Part shown: positions 23,072 through 33,260 of the stretch, piece by piece
How positions within the stretch are numbered: position 1 is the first letter of the stretch
Layout of the letters: each line of letters opens with the position of its first letter
IMG/VR virus record: IMGVR_UViG_3300045125_000085
Coordinates: 1 to 64,000 of that record
DNA from: a virus
Strand: one strand, 5' to 3'
DNA: 64,000 bases
Translations under genes and position numbers: made by a program
The notes under the pieces: model-generated
What the model saw: only the letters and a program-made list of their open reading frames with translations
Database searches by the model: none
Told to the model about the DNA's origin: nothing

Positions 23072-24966
23072 TTAGTACCGGCTATATCCACTATAGTACC
23101 CACGATTCGTAGTCTGGTAACCGAGGTTATGAGACAAGAAGGATTGTCCTGCACCCATGCCCGGTGCCAGCAGACCCTGACCGACGAAGTCAGCCACACC
23201 ACGCTGCTGATTAAAGTCAGCAGTAGCAGGTGCTTGGATGTTGCAGACCAGACCAGCGTCTACACATCCTCGCACCAAGGCATCCATAAAGTCCTTGCTG
23301 AAGGTCACACGCTGAGCGAAACCCAGTGTAGATCGCATTGTTATGCGTCAGACCATCGATCAAAGCTTTACGATCAGCCAGTCTGATTTCCAGCGGTACA
23401 TCCTTGCGTAAGAATGTATCCGACCAAGCTCTGATGCGAGTAGGATCTTTATCGCCGATGAAGTTAGCGACAGCGAGGTAATCGATAGCCCGGATGTCAC
23501 GCTTCATACCGTTCTTATCCATGTAGTAGCCCAAATGGACCCTATTGAACGGATTGATAAAGACTGGCTTATCCGCCGTGAAGTAACGGCTGAAGTTGCC
23601 ATTGGTCAGATCGTTAGCTGCACGCAGCAGCAGATCCAGCGCATGCTTATTACCGACCGAAGCTTCCTTGAATATGCTGAGATACCAGGTCTGGGATGCG
23701 CATTCCGGTACGTCCATCGAGATCAGCAGTTCCGGTCTATACAGACTAGAGATCAGCTGACCCAACTGTTGCAACTGGAAGCTATCCGACTTAGTGTCGA
23801 TCCGCTGACCGAAGCCAGATTGGTTATTCTCCAGAGTTGGCATCAATATTCAACGCACCGATGTCGTGCAAATCTACACCTTCCGTGTTCGGCGTCATTC
23901 TAAACGCCTGTACCCAGTTATTATCGTCACGAATGGCGATAGATGTAGCCAACCATAACAAAGTCATAGCTGGGGTATAACCGTAGTAGCTGATAATATC
24001 AGTCACTACTAAGTTAGCTACATACCGTTGTGTCGGCATGGCGTACTGCTGCGGTTGATAGAAGTTGTACGCGGTCACTGGTGCAACTGGTGCATACAAC
24101 GTATCGATGAAACCAGACAGTACTGAGATACGTGCTTCCCGCGATCCCATGTTCATCTGGTTAGCTGCTTGCTGCGCCTGATCCTGACGCATCTTTGAGC
24201 TAAATGCTACCAATACGTCTGAACGTATCGGCTCACCGACTACACCAGTCAGATCCTGGCGTGCGAACTGTACGGTGCATGTGAGGTCTGCACCTTTATC
24301 CGCCATACCCAGGTTAAAGTCCTGAAAGCCAGGCTTACGTACTTCAATTTCCATATTAGAAGCGGTAGTGGCATTCAGGGCCAAGTTTTTGACACCGGCT
24401 TTATCCTCAGGGTTAAAGGAAGCTGGTACAACGCAGCCATCGGTCATGATCAATGTACCGACAGGGTATTGTTGCCGGACGCGTTCTTTGACACGCTTAA
24501 GCAGTTCATCATTCATGGCGTCGCCAGTGACGCGCATGATTTCTACCTGATTCCTACCAGGCATGGACTGCCAGATAGGTGCCGGTTTTTCACCAGTCGC
24601 TTCGATGATGAGGGTGTGATAGCCTATACCCAGATCACCGAAAGTCTTACTACGCACACATACTACTAAGCAAGAGTAGTTCAGCGCAGTGTATACTGTG
24701 TTGTCCACAGCCAAGATAGCTATTTCACTATCCTTCATCTGTGGATCTTTGCAAGCCTCTACTAAAGCTTGTTCCAGTTTGTTGAGGTACTCAGACCCCA
24801 TGCCCGGTGCGATCGGTGCACCGAACAATGCAGCACCGTGGAAGCTCCACATCGGCATTTGTTGTCTGGGTGGTTCAGGCTGCTGCGATGCCATCTGTGG
24901 CTGTTGAAAGCCAGTAGGTGCATTGGCGGCAGGGGTAGGGCGGATGTTTTCGTCTTTAATGGCCAT
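23072..24966 (-). CDS. chmA: Chimallin, major phage nuclear shell protein; frameshifted
   Basis: About 630 codons directly upstream of beta'-N. DIGALN, RVHLGYY-D--G--RDIR-IDYLA, ARRVTF-like region and QRG tail. Confidence 0.88.
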
Positions 24967-24970
24967 GTGT

Positions 24971-25087
24971 GTACTCCTATTTAGTACGGGTGATTTTCAG
25001 AATGTATGTCCTTCGCATGCATGCAGATAGGTCGCCTCCCGCGCCTATTTGAACCCATTCTGAGTGTAGGTTCATAATTAGTATATG
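24971..25087 (-). promoter_or_regulatory. chmA early promoter and structured 5' UTR
   Basis: CATATACTAATTATGAA at 25071-25087; hairpins TGAACC/GGTTCA and ATAGG..CCTAT; RBS hairpin at 24971-24993. Confidence 0.7.
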
Positions 25088-25144
25088 AGTCCAAAATGTG
25101 CTCGAATCGTCATATCGACGACATACTGCAGCATAGACCTAGTC

Positions 25145-25313
25145 CGTCATAACGGTCTAAAGCACTATGGCTTTAGACGCTCTATGTCATGCAGACATAA
25201 GATACAGTCTAGCTAGACCAGACTGCTACTAAGACGCGATGTCTGGAGCGAATGATCTTCCACCGTCCATTGGCACCTTACCGCTAGGGTGAGGTGGAAG
25301 AGTCCGTATGACG
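25145..25313. ncRNA. Candidate structured non-coding RNA
   Basis: Closing helix CGTCATA(A)CGG/CCGTATGACG encloses about four hairpins in an intergenic region with no ORF. Confidence 0.35.
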
Positions 25314-25355
25314 ATTCTCTCCAAATAATCATACTGCTTACGTATTTTTTCTGGT

Positions 25356-26522
25356 ATGGCATCCTCTCAGCCTCGATTATCGTTTGACTACTCCATCATC
25401 CTAAGTACCATTATGCAAAGGCATCACCATGTTGGATCTTTTCTCTCTACCTCCGTCGCTGAGGTCACGATCCCTAGCGACCCTTTGTTCAGCTACTTAC
25501 GTGCGTCGTATAAGCGTGAGATCGCCGACATAGTCAACTACTACCAACAGAGGGTGTATGCCGTACGTAACAATCATCTATTAGCTAGAATCCTGACATC
25601 GCTGAGTATCCCGACGCAATATGAAGCTATGCAGTATGCTAGTGTCGCTGAGACACGAGCAGCTTATATCGCTAATAGTTTTCGCATGACTAGCGAGTTG
25701 ACTGCCGGACATGCTTTTGACGGTGTGTTTTATGGACCTGGTAGTCCTGAGGTATTACTGCATAGGGATTGCTACTTCGACCCTATCCATGCGAGTAAGC
25801 ATTGGCGGCATATCTCAGCTATTCAAGTGCATAGACATCCGCAATCCCATCTAGGCTTATTATTAGCTAACGGTAAAGAGACCTGTAGTGAAAGTGGCAT
25901 AGGGGTCATTAGCGTTAATATCGGATTGCTAGCTATGCAGTATCGTGGCTTTATATTAGAGCAATACCGTAAGCTGCAGAACCATAGTGAAAGCTTACTC
26001 GGTATCAATCACTTCATTCACATGAATGTATTACCGCCGATACTGTATCGACATATGGACTATGTGTTAATGAACCGAATGATGAACTTGTTCTACGGAG
26101 CGCCTATGGGTCAGGCGTATCTAAAGCATCCTTTTCTACTGTACGACTATCAGCAAAAGCTAGATAAGTCTTTAGGCTTTTATCTGAAGCATATACAGGA
26201 CAAGAGTATGCGTTATGAAGATATGCTATTAGGAATACCAGCTATCTTTGCTAATACCCAATATGAAGCCTTACAGTTACCTGACTATGCACCGACACGC
26301 CAAGTCCAATGGAGTCTCTTACTCGCTAGACTACCAGTGATCCAGTTTCTGATCGACGTAGGTGGCGATAAAGGCAAACGACGTAATAGTACTCAGCTCA
26401 ATAACCTCAATCGCCATATCACTAGGTTACTTAGAGATAACAGCATAATGCAAGGTCTAAACCCTAGCCTTAGCATAGACTACCAGATCCAGCTAGAAGC
26501 ATTACAGAGATCATTACAGTAG
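25356..26522 (+). CDS. Conserved Chimalliviridae protein (probable virion protein); true start uncertain
   Basis: 388-aa ORF; YYQ-R--AV-N-H-L motif; divergent from chmA. Confidence 0.7.
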   Translation: MASSQPRLSFDYSIILSTIMQRHHHVGSFLSTSVAEVTIPSDPLFSYLRASYKREIADIVNYYQQRVYAVRNNHLLARILTSLSIPTQYEAMQYASVAETRAAYIANSFRMTSELTAGHAFDGVFYGPGSPEVLLHRDCYFDPIHASKHWRHISAIQVHRHPQSHLGLLLANGKETCSESGIGVISVNIGLLAMQYRGFILEQYRKLQNHSESLLGINHFIHMNVLPPILYRHMDYVLMNRMMNLFYGAPMGQAYLKHPFLLYDYQQKLDKSLGFYLKHIQDKSMRYEDMLLGIPAIFANTQYEALQLPDYAPTRQVQWSLLLARLPVIQFLIDVGGDKGKRRNSTQLNNLNRHITRLLRDNSIMQGLNPSLSIDYQIQLEALQRSLQ

Positions 26523-26530
26523 CACTCACC

Positions 26531-26910
26531 TCAGTGAGAAAAGATCTTTAATAAAGGATAGCTAGCGATGACATAGTTACCGCTACTGACCAGCTGATGC
26601 TTCATGTGTGATGTATAGGCTATAGGTGCTAGACGCATACCGTCGTACAAGATGCCAGGTCGTACATCGTTTTGTATTAAGTAGTCTTCTATAGCCTGCA
26701 TATCCTTAGTGGTCTGTAGCTCCATCACAGCGTGCTTGATCGTCAGGTCTACAGACTCATTGAGCAGAAAGACGAGATCTGTGTACGAGATCTCATAGCG
26801 CCTTAGATGCTCTAAAAACTCAAAAGACTCATTACGCTCCTGCTCAGTATACGTGCCATGTATATGCGGGAGTACTTGCTCCTTTACCTCTTTTACTTCT
26901 TGCTCATTTA
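26531..26910 (-). CDS. Hypothetical protein
   Basis: 3' part of ORF 26531-27097; its 5' part overlaps a real plus-strand gene. Confidence 0.45.
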
Positions 26911-26930
26911 CCTGCTCCTGTGAGGATGCC

Positions 26931-27749
26931 ATGTCAGCATTAGCGACTGCATTACGTGAGATCCACTTTTCGATCCCACCCCAAATCTTAGCTTTAACTT
27001 TCGAGCCACCGTCACATACATGGCGGACAGCACCCATTAGCTTAGATGAACACATTTTAACTAAAGTCATACGGCCTCGTGTGATGAGTGATTGCAATTT
27101 AATAGGCGGTGCTTATAGCCTAGTCTCGTTAGAAGGGCTTAACCCTACGTATGTCGATACGTATAGCATGGTCTATGAGATACCTGGTGAGCGTACTCAG
27201 TTTAGAGACATAGTCTCAGTGCTCTCTATAGGCTATCTGCCTTACGCTGGTGCCTATAATGACATGAATCCAGGTATAGGCATGGTAGCACCTCAAAGCA
27301 TGAATGCACTGACTGGAGCTATCCAGCGAGTCGGTGATAGTGTCGGTGGTATCCCACCTATCTCGAATGCTTATGTAGAACTCGTAGGACCTAGAGCCGT
27401 CTTACTCAGAGATCAAGCTCGTGTCACGTCCTCGTACATATTACGCTGTATGTTAGCGAACGATGAGCAGCTGAATAACTTAAACCCTAGATACTGGATA
27501 GCATTCGGTAAACTTTGCATACTGGCAGTACAAGCCTACATTTATAATGAGCTCTATATCAAAATAGATCAAGGCTTCTTAGTCGGTGGTCAGGAGTTAG
27601 GGGCTGTCAAGGAATATGTTAGTAACCTCAGTGAAGCTAACCTTAACTACCAGACCTATCTGTTAGAGAAGTGGCAAGCTTCAGCGTTCATGAACGACAC
27701 TAATGCGTATGATCGCTTTATTAAGTTACAGTTAAATAGTGCAGTATAG
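26931..27749 (+). CDS. Conserved Chimalliviridae core protein
   Basis: MSAL--AL-EI---IPPQIL...KVIRPRV--DCNL-GG...A--AYIYN; GAGG RBS. Confidence 0.75.
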   Translation: MSALATALREIHFSIPPQILALTFEPPSHTWRTAPISLDEHILTKVIRPRVMSDCNLIGGAYSLVSLEGLNPTYVDTYSMVYEIPGERTQFRDIVSVLSIGYLPYAGAYNDMNPGIGMVAPQSMNALTGAIQRVGDSVGGIPPISNAYVELVGPRAVLLRDQARVTSSYILRCMLANDEQLNNLNPRYWIAFGKLCILAVQAYIYNELYIKIDQGFLVGGQELGAVKEYVSNLSEANLNYQTYLLEKWQASAFMNDTNAYDRFIKLQLNSAV

Positions 27750-27750
27750 T

Positions 27751-27793
27751 GCATAGAGCGTGCGTAGGGTATCTAGCCCTACGCACGCTATGC
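27751..27793. terminator. Bidirectional hairpin between convergent genes
   Basis: GCATA..AGCGTGCGTAGGG-loop-CCCTACGCACGCTATGC. Confidence 0.8.
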
Positions 27794-27797
27794 CGTC

Positions 27798-29924
27798 TTA
27801 ATAACCCAGCTCCGATAAAGTCCAGCCTTTCTTACAATAAAAGCCTAGACTCTCTAGTACTAAGCGATACCCATTCGTCAACTCCAGCACGACACGCTTC
27901 GTATCCAGTATAGACTTAATCTCTACTGGTAAGCCGTGTGTCTGGATATAGTCTAAAGGTAAGAGAAACATCCCTATCGCTCCTTTATTATGCTTAGCGA
28001 TCCAATCCCGCATACGCTGTGCAAAGTCTTTATCCTCCATAGTCTCTAACCAGCGTTTAATATCCGTCTTGTTCTCTAGCGTAGTAGGTATCTTAATCGA
28101 GGCATAAGGTGGTGCTGCGATAGGTCCGTACTTAGGCTCGAATACGAAGTTCCACAATAAGTAATGCTGGTACGGCGACTGTGTCGGCGGTAGTGTATAG
28201 CCTGCACTATCCTTAATCATCATACTGCGATAGAACTCTTCTTCACCATTGAGTAAAGACTGAGTAATAAAGCGTTCCATATCAGCTATCCGTGTCAACG
28301 TCTTACGGATAGAGATCTTCTGCCCAGAGGCTGCTGCATCGAGTATACCGTACATCATACCGTGTAGATCTTTAATGAGTCTAAGAGGACTAGCGCTACT
28401 GATGAGATGCACACCTTTTTTCTCATACTCAGGTACAGCAAAGACATTACCTTCCTGATAGATAGTCCTAGCTGCGTAATGTTTAGCGACATTTGTCAGT
28501 AGGAAAGCATCCCAGATAAACTCACCTTTGACTGCTAGCGTATGCATGTACTCTTCAGGAGTATTGATATTCGCTGAAAAGATCGCTAAGATATGTGCCA
28601 TAGTCTGCGTCGTCAGATATGCGACGGCTGATCCTACTGCTAAGGCATTCGCATCTATGACTAAATGACCCTGATACCACTCTACCCATTTATCGACAGC
28701 AAAGCATGAGCTATCTGTATCACTCAAAGGTACTACGCGTCTTAGCATGTGTGGGATCTGAGCGATAGATGCTGGGATATTCTCAGTCAGGAATAGAGCT
28801 TCGAGTAAGTCTTTATACTCAGCGACTACGGCATGGATATGCTCAGCTGTACCGACTATAGTAGTGAGTACGCCAGCCTCATGCATCTTATCGTAGTTTT
28901 TACCCATGCCTTTAATGAGGTCAGAGCAGACTTGATGTGCTAGGAGTAAGATGTCTTCGTTGAAATCAGCTATCTTACTCTTAGGATCAGGATCAGTAGA
29001 GACGACTCTAGTGCTTAACTTAAGTAGTAGCTCTTTAACGACCTCTGGGTTAAAGACTCTTAAGTGATAAAAGTCACCTGTATAGACGAATGCAGCTCTC
29101 TGGATAGCAGTGAGTTTACTGACATAATCAGCGATCTGCTGAAAGTACTGAGCGTCTTTCCAGTATAGATCAGTAGAGTACTGGATCACACTCAAAGTAA
29201 ACGCTACACTCGGATAGACTAAGCCATACTTATCCATCACGGCTTGGAGTGCCGGATAGTCGGTATGTGTAGTAGTAGAGATGAGGTTATTCATCACTGT
29301 ATCAGGCGACCAGTAATGACGATTACCGGCTAGCATACGCTCGTTCGTCGCATTACAGAGTGATACTACCGTACGGGTAATGGAAGTGAGTGTGCTATGT
29401 GCAGTAGGGTTATGCAGAATAGTACCTTCAGTACCAAACGCACCAGACAAGGCATTATTGTAAATCTTCTTTTTGCTCTGTACGTTTTCTTGATACGTGT
29501 GTTCAGCGAGATTACCTTCAGCTTTGGCTTGATGGGATTTCTTCTTAGCAGCAGATCGTAGCTTCTTATTCTTCTCTACGAAACTAGTATAGACTGATCT
29601 TTTCTTAGACGGATGTAAGTACGTCGTAAAGCTAGGTGTCAAGATATCGCCTGACTGCACAGTGTGACGGATATACTGGCTGAGTCTAGTCTCTATGACT
29701 TCCGTATCACCATTATCACCACGAGCATAATGACGTACGGTAGGGTCTATGACTTTATCAGGAGGTTGTTGCTTCAGTATTTCTAAGGTACGTGTCTTAC
29801 ATAGCTCGATAGGATCACCTGTCATAGTAGCTAAGTAATGCGCCATCTGCTCTACATACTGAGCGATAGGATCTATCTGACGCTTATAACTACTAGTCGG
29901 TTTAAGAAACGGATTATTAGCCAT
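27798..29924 (-). CDS. Family B DNA polymerase, polymerase subunit (phiKZ gp50-like)
   Basis: K---N--SG (motif B), SDTDS (motif C), KHY and KGV; intact 708 aa. Confidence 0.88.
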   Translation of the reverse strand: MANNPFLKPTSSYKRQIDPIAQYVEQMAHYLATMTGDPIELCKTRTLEILKQQPPDKVIDPTVRHYARGDNGDTEVIETRLSQYIRHTVQSGDILTPSFTTYLHPSKKRSVYTSFVEKNKKLRSAAKKKSHQAKAEGNLAEHTYQENVQSKKKIYNNALSGAFGTEGTILHNPTAHSTLTSITRTVVSLCNATNERMLAGNRHYWSPDTVMNNLISTTTHTDYPALQAVMDKYGLVYPSVAFTLSVIQYSTDLYWKDAQYFQQIADYVSKLTAIQRAAFVYTGDFYHLRVFNPEVVKELLLKLSTRVVSTDPDPKSKIADFNEDILLLAHQVCSDLIKGMGKNYDKMHEAGVLTTIVGTAEHIHAVVAEYKDLLEALFLTENIPASIAQIPHMLRRVVPLSDTDSSCFAVDKWVEWYQGHLVIDANALAVGSAVAYLTTQTMAHILAIFSANINTPEEYMHTLAVKGEFIWDAFLLTNVAKHYAARTIYQEGNVFAVPEYEKKGVHLISSASPLRLIKDLHGMMYGILDAAASGQKISIRKTLTRIADMERFITQSLLNGEEEFYRSMMIKDSAGYTLPPTQSPYQHYLLWNFVFEPKYGPIAAPPYASIKIPTTLENKTDIKRWLETMEDKDFAQRMRDWIAKHNKGAIGMFLLPLDYIQTHGLPVEIKSILDTKRVVLELTNGYRLVLESLGFYCKKGWTLSELGY

Positions 29925-30460
29925 TTAGTCACCTTTATAACTTAAGATAGCGTACTTACGCGGTATGTAGAAGAATAGATGCAGGAGCATCTTAGCTACA
30001 TAGTCACCGAACTCAAAACACCAGATCGGTAAGTCATTATGCTTAAACTCAGTACGGAGTTGTTGACTGTTTTGTTCATAAGCTAAATACATGATCGTCT
30101 TAATCGCATTCAGCATATCGCGCTTACTGAATTGATGGCTGTAGTACTTAAGTACGATCTTATCTAGCAAATTATCTAACTGCATACTACGAAAATAACT
30201 ATTGTTGATTTTATCAGCTACCAGCTCTACTCCATTCTTACGTACTAATCCACGGTAGAGGTTAAACTGCAAGAGTAGAGTAGCGTAATGCACCTTGATT
30301 CAGCATACGCTCTAAGTCTTCGAGGATATAGACCTGATCGGTCTTAGTGCAGTAATAGATACCACCATTCGCTTTGACGACAGCGTAGATCGCATCTGGA
30401 TACTTAATGAGTGACGAAGGGTTCTATTTGCAAATAGTCGATGCAGGCGGCGATAGTCAT
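29925..30460 (-). CDS. Hypothetical protein; frameshifted
   Basis: GGAG RBS with ATG at 30460; continuous ORF 29925-30293. Confidence 0.5.
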
Positions 30461-30538
30461 GATGGTAACTCCATAATGGTAAAGGTCTCATAGTGAGATA
30501 CCAGAGCCTGATTAATTATCTGTGCTGAGAAAAAAAAT

Positions 30539-30580
30539 AGAGCATAAGAGAGGGAGAGCCATCTGGCTCTCCCTCTATGC
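30539..30580 (-). repeat. Terminator-type direct repeat, copy 1
   Basis: AGAGCATAAGAGAGGGAGAGCCATCTGGCTCTCC...; near-identical to 31511-31551. Confidence 0.8.
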
Positions 30581-30583
30581 CGA

Positions 30584-31019
30584 TTATGCGAAGATACGCC
30601 GCCATCCTTTCTTCGGTTTAATTAACTGCTCCCTCGCATACCGAGGGAGATATTGCACCTGCGGCCAGATGCAATTCGGATGGAGTACTTTGCAATACTC
30701 CCCTGTAGCTAACTCCACCCCCTCTTCGTAGTACATCCTTGAAAGATTCTCTACCGTGCGTCCTTTCATGGTGATGGGGATAGCCTCCTCAGCATACCAA
30801 CCACTATTAGTGGCTCTAATCCCACGCAACCACGTGAGGTTTTCTTGTCCGTCCTTGATGCGGGCCACGCCCATCCCTCTCCACTCCCCATTAGGGAGGC
30901 GGTACAGTCCGATGAAGAGAAACCTGCCTCTTGGGCACAAAGCCCTTTGGATCGTATCTGACGCCCAAGTATACCTTCGTATACCTGACCCATACACTCT
31001 AACAGTTCTTGCTTGTTCA
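30584..31019 (-). CDS. Orphan early cassette protein (5' frameshift)
   Basis: GGAGG RBS with MNKQELLE; own promoter at 31100-31116 and own terminator. Confidence 0.6.
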
Positions 31020-31099
31020 TAATACCTCCTACGGGCAATGTGCTAGATAGTCTGAACTTTCTACCTAGCTTTATTAATAAAAATTATTGAGCGCGTTTG

Positions 31100-31116
31100 C
31101 TCATTATTACTATATG
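31100..31116 (-). promoter_or_regulatory. Early promoter motif
   Basis: CATATAGTAATAATGAG. Confidence 0.7.
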
Positions 31117-31247
31117 GGTTTATAAAAAAATACAATCGGCATAATAGCCAGGTGTTACCCTGGCCTACTTTTAGCTTTAAAAAGAACCGCTTTAACATCG
31201 TGTAAATGCTAAAGCGGCCAAAGTCATCACAAGAGGAGATTGCAACC

Positions 31248-31497
31248 GTGAATCAAGCTGTCACCATCTGGTACTCAGGTAAAGTAAAGAAATACCGGCA
31301 GGGCTATTCCCCCGTACGAAATAGCCCTACGATGTACCTAGCACAATCGGTACTAAGTATCTATCGTCTTCCTGCCTCTGAGATAATAGGAGGAACTCTC
31401 AGATCAGTTATCGCCAGTACCTTTACCCCACTGCACTCACAGATATAGTACTTGCCTCGTTTTGCATATCATAACTACTCCCATAAAAAAGTAGATA
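31248..31497 (+). pseudogene. Possible degenerate paralog of 30584-31019
   Basis: YSGKVKKY / IYRLPASE / QI*YLPRFA align by eye with YGSGIRRY / LYRLPNGE / QVQYLPRYA. Confidence 0.35.
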
Positions 31498-31510
31498 AGC
31501 AAAAAAAGAA

Positions 31511-31551
31511 AGAGCATAAGAGAGGGAGAGCCATCAGGCTCTCCTCTCTGC
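31511..31551 (-). repeat. Terminator-type direct repeat, copy 2
   Basis: Near-identical to 30539-30580. Confidence 0.8.
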
Positions 31552-31553
31552 TG

Positions 31554-32048
31554 TTAAACCAGAATGATGTTTATCACTCTGGGCAAGATTTGGCAGAACA
31601 ATTGCTTTACCCACAGTACCGGCCGTACTCTAGCCGGGTAATACGTGATTACCCGGCTGCATGCCTTAAATATTGTAAAAATAGCGACTGACTTGCAGCC
31701 GCCGCCTAAAAGACCGACCGCATGTCTGTCAGCCTCTAACTCCAACCGCACTTTTTCCCTAAGTGTAGCCTTTGGGCCGATCCATCGGCCCTTCATCGTA
31801 ATCCTCTCATGCTGTAGCTTATATCGCGCATGGCCTGACTCATGCGCGATGATGAATCTGACTTCCTTGTCGGTAAAACCTTCCATGGCTCTTTGGGACA
31901 AAATAATATACCTTGTCCAAAAGGTATATCCGGCGCCACCCATGGCATCCAGGGCTGAAGCCTCTGGATGATCGGGAAGGAGAATGACTACCATGTCTTT
32001 TTTGCCGAGCTCCTCGGCTATTTCAAGAATTTTTTCTACACTGCTCAT
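31554..32048 (-). CDS. M48/M56-like zinc metallopeptidase
   Basis: E-RFIIAHESGH (HExxH) and ELEADRHA (ExxAD); GGAGG RBS before MSSVE. Confidence 0.75.
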   Translation of the reverse strand: MSSVEKILEIAEELGKKDMVVILLPDHPEASALDAMGGAGYTFWTRYIILSQRAMEGFTDKEVRFIIAHESGHARYKLQHERITMKGRWIGPKATLREKVRLELEADRHAVGLLGGGCKSVAIFTIFKACSRVITYYPARVRPVLWVKQLFCQILPRVINIILV

Positions 32049-32147
32049 AAACCACCTCCATCGGTGCACTTTCTACCGACCGAGCAGATCAGTAGAGGTT
32101 GATTGAAAAATCGATCATTCGCTTTTAGCAGAAACCTCCAGCGATGG

Positions 32148-32187
32148 ATCACTCTTAGTATATGGGTTTATAAAAATCTGCACTTCA
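32148..32187 (-). promoter_or_regulatory. Early promoter with extended upstream element
   Basis: AAGTGCAGATTTTTATAAACCCATATACTAAGAGTGAT; the upstream part nearly matches 5518-5546. Confidence 0.75.
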
Positions 32188-32254
32188 CTAAAGCTAAAAA
32201 ATAAAAGTCGGCATATCGCCCTATGAGCTCATAGGCTCATAGGGCGATATGCAG

Positions 32255-32665
32255 TCAGCTCGTAGTCACACTACTGGTCTTGATAGTAAAGCCACTATAC
32301 CCCATCAGAGTCAGAGCATCACGTATCTTAGTCGTATCATCCATAGTGCCTATTGGTATCGTCACAGTCAGCGTCAGTACATCTGCAGTAGTGACAGTAC
32401 CGACGTCTATCCATTCATACGCTAATACCTCTACACCTTTGTCTATAGACTCTAGTAGTAAATAAGTGTAGTGCGTAGGATCCTCATTAGTACCTGCTGG
32501 TAAATAAGGATACACTGCTCTAGCTTTCTGAGTGATAGTATCGTACTTGACTGCCATCGAGTAATCGAGTACGGCTTTGACTTTGACTGCGGTACGCGAG
32601 CCACCTATGACTGAGGGAGCTCGTGTCATGAAGTTATAGCGGCGATTAGGTAAGAAGTTATACAT
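32255..32665 (-). CDS. Conserved small Chimalliviridae protein
   Basis: MYNF...F-T-AP--IG...YPYLP-GT--DP--Y-Y...WI. Confidence 0.65.
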   Translation of the reverse strand: MYNFLPNRRYNFMTRAPSVIGGSRTAVKVKAVLDYSMAVKYDTITQKARAVYPYLPAGTNEDPTHYTYLLLESIDKGVEVLAYEWIDVGTVTTADVLTLTVTIPIGTMDDTTKIRDALTLMGYSGFTIKTSSVTTS

Positions 32666-32672
32666 GTAGACC

Positions 32673-33038
32673 TCATGCTTGGGGGATATGGTAAGGCGTC
32701 TGACCTCTATAGAGCATGAGGCCATCTAGCGCCGGATGATGGAGTACGTATTCTACTTGACTCAGTATATCGAAAAAGCCTTGCTCACGTATGAGGAAGT
32801 ATATGGCTAATGCATATTTACTCACATGGTCTTGGAGTTCTCTTAACAGAACAGTGTTGTAATACAGGCCGTCTATGAATAGCAGATTCGATACGTTAGG
32901 CAGGACCTTTAGTTGCTCTGTGTACTGTAGAAAGTCAGTAGTGAATATACCGAATATTTGGTAGTTGAGTTCTTCAAACCATTGCTTACTGATCCAGCCT
33001 ACAGTGATGTGGGGATGGCTATTAGCTGATACTACCAC
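32673..33038 (-). CDS. Hypothetical protein
   Basis: Intact ORF in a tightly packed operon downstream of phuZ. Confidence 0.5.
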   Translation of the reverse strand: MVVSANSHPHITVGWISKQWFEELNYQIFGIFTTDFLQYTEQLKVLPNVSNLLFIDGLYYNTVLLRELQDHVSKYALAIYFLIREQGFFDILSQVEYVLHHPALDGLMLYRGQTPYHIPQA

Positions 33039-33260
33039 CTACTCGGTACTATCTGACCATTAGCATTTTGCTGCTGTATAGCAGCTATTGCTGGAGGATA
33101 CCGGCCATCCTGACGGCGGTAGTGTGATGACAGATAGTTAGGATCAGCTATCTCCGCATATCTGGATATAGCAGCTTAATGATCTCAGTCAGCGACTGCA
33201 TAAACGGCATCGCGGTACTATACGAGTCTATTACTAAGTACTCAGGGTAGTAAGGAGTCG

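Noticed and set aside
25145-25313. tRNA gene
   Set aside because: No T-loop or D-loop consensus and the wrong size. I recognised no tRNA anywhere in the window.
30539-31551. CRISPR array or transposon ends suggested by direct repeats
   Set aside because: Only two copies about 1 kb apart with a terminator-like fold; no regular spacers and no transposase or integrase.
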